In this document: one piece after another, positions 55,775 to 64,000 of the stretch | How the letters are laid out: each line of letters begins with the position of its first letter | Position numbering within the stretch: position 1 is the first letter of the stretch | Origin: Epiperipatus broadwayi | Lineage: Eukaryota; Animalia; Onychophora | Assembly (NCBI GenBank): GCA_028023455.1 | Contig: JAQFVV010000004.1 | Span: 19,344,001-19,408,000 of the forward strand | DNA length: 64,000 nt | Reading direction: 5' to 3' | Notes under the pieces: model-generated | Databases searched by the model: none | Told to the model about the DNA's origin: nothing | The model's input: only the letters and a program-made list of their open reading frames with translations | Translations under genes and position numbers: made by a program

Positions 55775-56790
55775 GTACCAAACTCTTCATAGAATAGTAC
55801 CAAAAAGTGCAAGCCTTCATAATCAATGGATGCAAGAAGGTTTGTGCATAAAATCCCTATCTAGTGCCTACTCATTCAACATCCCCAGACAAGTTTCTAG
55901 CTTGTAGCTTTCATCAGTGAGGGGTCTTGGATTTGAGAGCAGTGCACTTAGATCTTAGGATCTAATACAATCCTCCAGCAATCACCTTTTATCTATTTGG
56001 TTAACTATAAAGCTAGGAGACCAAGATAAAAACACCACGTTTTCAACCCAAGTTCATTTACTTGTGTAGTCATATAGATCTGAATTCATTTCAGAAACTG
56101 TACATTTTTGTCTCTTGGGTTTTTCAAAAATCACAGACACCTTTATTCTATGGGCAGGATAGGTATAAAACTATCAAAGCATTACATGACCACCATTTTA
56201 TATGCTTACACATGCTGCTAATAAGAATACCAAACTCTCCATACAGTGGTGCCACTAACTGTAAGCCTTTGCAATCAATGGATGCAGGGAGGTTTGTGCA
56301 TAAATCTCTATCTAGTGCCTACTCAAACAAAATCACTAGACTAGTTTTTAGTTTGTGACTTTCACCAGTGAGAAGCCTTAAATTTAAGAGCACTGCACCT
56401 AGGTCTTAGGATCTAATGCAACACTCTAGAAGCCACCTTTTACCTACTATACAAGTGAATGAGCTTGGGTTGGAAACATTATGGTATTTTTATCTTGTGC
56501 TCATAGCTTTATAGGTAACCAAATAAATAAAAGGTGGCTGCTGGAGGGTTGCATTAGATCTTAAGATCTAGATGCAGTGCTTTCAAATCCATGGCTCCTC
56601 ACTGATGAAAGCCACAAGCTTGAAACTAATCTTGGGATGTTAGACGAATAGACACTAAATAGGAATTTTATGTACAAACCTTCTTGCATCCATTGATTAT
56701 GAAAGCTTACAATTGGTGACACTACTGTATGGAGAGTTTGCTAGTCTTATTAACAGCATGATATGAAATGGTGATCTTGTGATGTTTTGA
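55775..56790. mobile_element. Family B: head-to-tail dimer (minus) plus inverted copy (plus), three HHRs
   Basis: HHRs at 55874-55932 (-), 56325-56383 (-, degenerate) and 56587-56645 (+); the two minus GUC sites are 451 nt apart. Confidence 0.88.
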
Positions 56791-57865
56791 TGGATCTACA
56801 TAGATTCTATAAATTCATGAAATGATATTATGTTTCAACTTTGACTTTGCTGTTTTATAAATCAGGCTTTTTAAGATGCACTCCATGATGTAAACATAAT
56901 TTAAATTTCAATATGTAAAACTATTGGTTGGAAATTTTACAATAATAAAAAATATATTGAGCCAAATTGCCAAACTTATAGTATAGATTTTAAATTAGTG
57001 ATATATTTTTTATATTCTGAAAAGATGATTTATCTTTATGCATAAATGCTGATTTCACTTAGAAATTTTCAGAAAATGATCTACACTGTCATAAATCACA
57101 GATAATTTTCTAAAAAAAATATTATATAGATAATTATGAGTGCCTAAAATACTTGTTTTATGATATATAAAAACTTCTGTACAAATGCATTATTGTTTAT
57201 GTTGTAAGTGTATATTGGTAGTATATATTTGTAAATAATAAAAAAAATGTTTAGTTTTAAAAAAATAAAGATGATTATAAATATAAATTCTTACCTTAGA
57301 AACAAAGTAGGTATTATAAAGTCTTCATAATATCTTTTCAGGGAATTGTGGGTAATAATGTAATAATTTTATTCTATTTTGATTTTAAACATGATATTTT
57401 GTTTTCTTCTTGCTGAAAAAATAAAAATCGAAGAATATTAACATTTTATTTTAATTTATATTTCATCGTAATATTTTTTTTTTCATATACATATATGAAT
57501 AAGACATGTTTGAGAGCAATTAATTTATATTTGTACATATTTAGAATTAGTGATAATGAATTTAAGTAAATAGTTACAAAAATGATATGTAATCATGTGA
57601 AAGGCTAAAACCTTGACAAATGCGCTTTGTGCATTACTGTTCTATTGTTAAAGATTTTGACTTTATTTTTAAATGAATTTTGTTTATTTAAAGAAAAATA
57701 ATAATAATAATAGCATTGTCTAAAAGAAAGGAAAGGAAAAGAAAAAATGTGTTATTTTCAAATACACCAAGTAGTTGTTTATTTGTAATGTAATATAATT
57801 TATTTTTAAATAATTATTATAGAACTATTGTGTCTGGAAAATTACATCAAAAAGATATTTTAGAA

Positions 57866-59472
57866 CAGTGGTCTTCAATCTTTTCATACTTGTGGACTGG
57901 CAAAAATAAGGATAAGATTTTACAGACCAGCAGAAGTTTACAGATAAATTTTCTTAAAGATGTAACCTGCTTAGTCTTAGATAAGCATAATTGTTATAAC
58001 TGACCAAAACAGCACAGTAATTATTGTGAATTGTAATGGTGTTGCTTACTTTCACATGCTGAACACTCTTTCTCGAGTTGCGCAGTCATACTGCTACAGA
58101 AAACATACAATAACAATTGTTCTCATTAATGTGCTTGCATTTCTATGTTTATTATTTCATTGATAAAACATGCAAGAATAAAATGTTATTCACCTGAATG
58201 TTCAGAAATATCATAGCTAGTATAATTACATGACAATGATTATGATAAATGTAATATCTGTATTTAATGTTAAATATACAAGATGAAGTTATATATATAT
58301 GGAGATTGTCTTTTTATAGTAGTAAAGGCAAAATAGAAATTGTGTAATTAAAATCACCGTACAGTCAAAAAAAAGTCACCGTATTTTAAATCTGAAAAAA
58401 TAAAATGAAACATGTAAAAGTATGAAGTTTTGATGTTATTGTAATGTTTTTTTGTGCTGATGTGTTGAAGGGATCAAAAAATGTAATTAATATGAAAATT
58501 TTTTTTTTAAAAAATGGCAAAATAGACATCGCGTAATAGAAATAAAGGCAAAAGAAAAAAATCGCCGATTAGTCACTGTTTTTTTAAAAAAAGACAACGA
58601 AAGTTGAAAAAGTCAAAAATTTTGATCCTATTTAAATTTTTTGGGGGTGGTGGGGAGTGGGTTGAGAAATACTTTGTCTTCAAAGTGGCAAAAGTTATTT
58701 TTGGTATGTTTTTATTTTTTAAAAAAGGTAATAAAAATTGGTTTTAAAAATAAAAGTTTTAGTATATCAGCGGTATACAAATAAAGGCAAAAAAGATATC
58801 ACCTTATAGACCAAAAAAAAGTGGCCGTATTTTTAAACAAAAGAAACTAAAACTTGAAAAAGTCAAAAGTTTTGATCTTACTTTATTTTTTTTTTTGGGG
58901 GGGAGGGTTGTAAAAGTTAGAGACCGAACTTATTTTTTGGTTTTTATTTTTAAAAAAAGGTAATGAAAAATTATTTCAAAAATAAAAGTTAAAGCTAAAA
59001 AAAAATCATCGTATAGCCAAAAAAAAAACCCACTAAAAATGAAATATTAAAAGAGGAAGTAGAAAAAATGTAAGTGATCAAAAAAAGTCACATTACATTT
59101 TATTGTTTTAACAATGCCGAAAAGCGGCCGTGATTGGCTATCAGAAGACAAACGGAGCTTGTATAATAAAAAACTGGGTTTTTTCTTAATTTTGAATTTT
59201 TTTAGAAAAATAATAAAAAATTTAATTCTATCCCCCCCAAATAAATATTTGTGTTAAATAGAAAAACAAATTAATTTATGTATGACTGATTAGATTTTAT
59301 TTTTGTTCTGTTTTTTTTTTTTAATCCCATAAAAATGCGATGAAAAAATAAATAAAAATTGTTTATATTAGTTAAAAGTTTAAAATCTTATTATTTTGTT
59401 ATTATAAACTTTCTTGCCAGTCTACCGTGGACCGGCAAAAAACTTCTATGGACCAGTGGTTGAAGACCACTG
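57866..59472. mobile_element. hAT (Charlie-like) non-autonomous element with probable internal insert
   Basis: TIR CAGTGGTCTTCAA / TTGAAGACCACTG; TSD TTTTAGAA / TTCTAGAA. Confidence 0.85.
58320..59000. repeat. About three diverged 220-240 bp tandem units
   Basis: TAAAGGCAAAA at ~58323, 58543 and 58782; TTGAAAAAGTCAAAA.TTTTGATC and G-runs recur in the last two units. Confidence 0.65.
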
Positions 59473-59501
59473 TTCTAGAATATCAAAAAGTATGGAAATT
59501 T

Positions 59502-59593
59502 GTCAAGAGTTGGTGGCCGAGTGGTTAGCACATCTGCCTTACAGGCAGTTGTCCCAGGGTTTGCTTTCCGGCCGACGCTTTGAGACATTAAAA
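59502..59593 (+). mobile_element. tRNA-Gly-derived SINE, short subtype
   Basis: tRNA-like body, A-tail, 17-bp TSD AAAAAGTATGGAAATTT at 59485-59501 and 59594-59610. Confidence 0.85.
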
Positions 59594-62500
59594 AAAAAGT
59601 ATGGAAATTTTTTATGGAATAACAATTTGAACTCTAACATATGATTCAAGAGTGCATACTAAGATAACCATAGTTTTTTGTTCATGTAAATTGCCTAAAT
59701 ATAGTAACATAAAACAGAATTATAAATGTGCTTGAAAATTTTAGAAATGAGTTATTCTTGCCTTATAATGAGTAACAGGCAAGATAAATCAAGGAATGAA
59801 AATCTTTTGGACCAGAGGTCAGATGGAAATCTTTTACTTTGACAACAATACCTGAATGAAACAATTATCTAAAAGATCATCACTGAACATAGAATTCAAA
59901 ACAACATTAACTGCCAACAACTTGATAGGATTTTCAATGCTTTGTAAAGGACATCAATTGTTGTTTGTTTTTCTCTGAACTTTTGATTTTTTAATTTTAA
60001 TAAATTATAGATCTTTATTTTATTAAGAAATCTCATTAAGATAAAATGTTACAATCTTCAAATTTCATGCTATCCCAGTTATATATATATATATGTATGT
60101 ATTATCTAGACATTAATGTACTATATATTGTATTGTTTTTGCCATCTTTATTGGACATTAATCGGCACAAAGAAGCAAAAAAAACTTTCTATATATCTAA
60201 AAGAAAGTTGGGTATTATTTTTTAAAAATAAAAACTTATTTGCATGTTTTAATAATTTTTTTGTTATTGTTTTTTTTTTATAAAAAAAAAAAAACAACAA
60301 AGATTTTTCTTTAGCTCTCAAGTTAAAAAAGAAGTTGCCAAGAATAGAACCAAAGTAGTAGTAGGATTTATTTTATTGTTACAAATTGTTATATGTTCCA
60401 TATACTAAACTTTTAGAATATTTATGTGTGCTTATATTACGTTTTGTTTGAAAGTGACATTTGAAAAATCTGATTATTTCTTTTTGATGTGCGAATGCAT
60501 AATTGTGACTAGTATTATTAATAATATAGTGTTAAAAATTATAAATAGTATTTTGCATGACCATACTCCTTTAAGTTATTTTGGATTTTATTTATTATTG
60601 AAAACTAAAGATATGAAATAAATATGTGGCTTTTCTTGATGTAGACCCAATAAAAGGGAATCCAGTAAGGGAATTAGAATAAAAAGTTCTCTCCATGTAC
60701 AGATATAATTGCATAAATAAGTAGTTAGCATTAGATTTTATTTTTAGAATTTCATGCCATGAAAGAATATAGGTAATGGGTGAGAGCTAGAAGGTGCCAC
60801 CATGATCCTTTTTAATATTATAAGATACATTAGCTTGTTTATGAACATGTATTTAATTATTATATTTTTCAAAAGCCAGTGGTTAGTCAATCCAATTGGA
60901 ACTTATCAAGCATGCTTATTAATATTTTGTTATTAAAAATAAAATAATACTATTGGATCATATATAAATATAAATTTATACTTTCCAGGCTAACCAGATT
61001 TTTTAATGAATAACACACAACACAACCTCCACATTATATATCAGTACCAATGTACTTGACAACCTACATTCTATTTTATTTTCAGTTGAATCTTTAAAAC
61101 ACGGGAATGACTAATTGAGAAATTTAAGATTTTTTTGATTTGGAAGAGACTTATTGTAGTAATACTATGACAACATAATTTATAAATTCAATGTGTAATC
61201 TAAAACCTGGTCTTAATTTTTATTTACAGATTTTAATTTTTCCCCCACATCTTTAGTATTATTTGTCTTTCCAATTTCTTATTCGGTTTTGAAAAAATGG
61301 GAGATGGGAGGAGAAGGAATACGAGAGAGATTAAAAAATATTGTCACTTGTAAGTTTTCAAAATTAATTTCTTTTAATAGTAGTTACTTAATATTGACTT
61401 ACAAATTAATTTATGTCTAATTTCAAATAACCTCATCTTATTTATAATTCCCAGGTTTGTTTGGAATTTTTATTCTTATTATTTTAAAAAAAAATAATTT
61501 CTTACTTGATTTTGAAAAAGCGAGGGGGAATAAAAAATATAGTCAATTGTGGGTGTTGTCAATTTTTATGAAAGTAATAATACTAAAACCCAAAAGAATT
61601 GTTAACTACATTCCATACAAATTTCAAATAAAATATTTCAAATAAAAATAAACTGGCTGGCTTTGAAACAACAACAACAAGAAAGTTAAAATAAAATTTA
61701 TTTCTTTGAATTCCCATTGCCCAATTGTTGTTTCCCATTTTTATTTTATACAAAAGGTATTATCATTTTGTATGAACCAATATTTTGGCAGCCATGATAT
61801 GGATGGATAATGCAAATAAAATCACATCGAAATTTCCTTTAGGTTTTTTTTTGCTATCATATATGATCCAAGCCTAAATTAAAATTTATTTTACTTTTTT
61901 TTTCAACTAAAAAATAATAAAACAATTTAAATGAACAATCCCAAAATGCATTGCTACTTCACATGGATGAAATAATTTGCCAGGATTGACAATGCAAATC
62001 TCTCTAAACTAACCTTAGTTTACTTTTCTCCATCACAGATGACCCAAGATCTAAAATGAAGAGCATAAGAACTTTTTAAAATAAATAAAACAATTTAATT
62101 GAGCAAGTCAAGTTATATGTTTCAAATTTTTTTCCCAAATAAAAAGTATTTTAACAATATCAATTAAGAACACAAAGTTTATATTAAAATTAATTTCTTA
62201 AAAGTAACACACACAAAAAGTATTTATTTTAATGCATTGGAAAATATTTCATTTTATTTTTTCTTCTATTTTTGAACTTTTTACCAACCTGTACTCTAGA
62301 TATGTAAAGTATGTTGAATTTTAAATTTATTGATTAGTCATTTCTTTATTGTTTCATAATATAGTTGTAGTGTTTTAAAGAAAGAATTAAAGAGAAAAAA
62401 AATATAAGTATCATTATTTATTATATCTTATTTTTGACACATCTATGTTTGTTTTTCTATGATAATAATTTATATTTTTTTCCTCTGGATTCTTAAAAAA

Positions 62501-64000
62501 AAAGACCAACACCAATTGATTAATTAATTTACTTTGCAGTTAACATTTGATTTTCATTAAAAAAGTAATAATAATTTGAGTGCTTTCTTTTTTTTTTTTT
62601 AATAATTTTTTCAAAAAAATTAAATCTGATTTTGTATAATTTTTTTTTATTTGGCTGAAATTAAACAATTTATTTAATACACAATAAACTGACTTAATTT
62701 GCCTCACACATATTAGAAACCTGAAATATTATTTGATTATGGATATTGAGTAAAGAGGAGTGTTACTTTGCCATGACTAAGCATTTAATTTAGCCAGATG
62801 CCCAACTAAATTTCATAAAATACACACATATTTTAAAAAGATACATTTAAATACTTACATAGAAGACTTTATACACTTATGAGATCTATACATAGGGTAT
62901 ATATGTGATATGAAACTTATAATACTATTATTATTTAGGCTAAATTCAAACAGACATTTGGGATGTAATAAACATTTAATAAGATTAAAATACAGTTTGG
63001 ATGCAATAAAATGTACTCTTTGCTTCTAAGCTGTGTCGATGTCTGCTTTCTCTGTGTACATATACTCCGTACTTTCCCTCTTTGATCTACATTGTTCTAC
63101 ACTACTACTATTGACCATTTCATTATAAAATCCTATTTTTCAAAATATTTTATTCTTTCATTTTTATTGAAAATTGTTTTTGGCTATACTGAAAAATCTA
63201 TATCAGTGGAAGAAATATATGTTACAATATGATTTATATATATATTGAAAAGGAATGAAAGTACATTCTGTGTTTTCATTTTACTGAAGCTTACATAAAA
63301 TTCTTAAACACAACACCTTTAAATTTCACTTCATCTAACCAAGATATTGCAAATAAAAAAGTTTATAATTCAAACAAAAATATATTCTAAAATCTTATAC
63401 AAGTTCACAATTGAACAAGCATTGTACATTGTCAGGGCTTTTTTCTGTTTTCAAATACCTGAGGGGGGGGGGGTATTGACAAGTTCATAGTCATATTTGG
63501 AAAAGGGATGATATAACAACATTGAATAATAAGAATGATGGAAAAAATATAAAATAGCATAACTAAAAAAAAACAAGAAATCAATTGTTTGCTTATTAGT
63601 GTGATTAATTTTGATTTTTGAAAATAGCACACTTAAAGATTTGTTTAAAAGGTATAGAATATTCAATGAAAAACAACTAGAATAAGCTTATTTAAAGATG
63701 TAAAATTGTGAAAATAATAACTGAAAAAAGTTTAGCATCAAACTTAGAAAATCAAAATTAAATCTATTCCTATATTGAGAGACATTTAGAAAAATGTGGA
63801 AGTATAGTAATGAGGGAAGGAAATAGCCTAAAACCAAATGACCAGGAAAAAAAACCTTATTTGATATTAATTTGAATTATTTTGTATCTAATTCAAATTC
63901 TTACACCCTTATATATATATATCTTTGCAATTTAATGCAGTAAAAGAATAACAGATACAAGAGCTAAAAGTTCCTGGCTATAAGTTCAATGACCCACTTC

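Noticed and set aside
57295-57412. Exon-like segment on minus with good AG/GT sites
   Set aside because: Stops in all three frames and no partner exons found.

Overview
Very AT-rich, CpG-poor eukaryotic (invertebrate, probably arthropod) DNA; I found no intact host gene. It is a mosaic of decayed repeats: a Gypsy pol remnant, an L1/Tx1-like LINE, three RTE-like LINE fragments, a hAT transposon with a broken transposase, two hAT MITEs and short tRNA-derived SINEs. It also holds a processed UCH-L1/L3-family pseudogene and a ~5.5 kb NUMT (ND2-COX1-COX2-ATP6-COX3//ND5, all on one strand) with a 630-bp (AAT)n array inside COX1. The main result is about 19 type I hammerhead-ribozyme (HHR) motifs, intact or decayed, in five unrelated non-coding repeat families, all with palindromic stem III. 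Two families have circularly permuted ~450-480 nt units, one with a head-to-tail dimer. All six inverted HHR pairs have the same polarity (ribozyme-sense strands pointing outward). This resembles non-LTR retrozymes or Penelope-like-element satellites. One HHR lies behind a tRNA-derived Pol III head. All alignments and folds were done by eye, and activity is untested.
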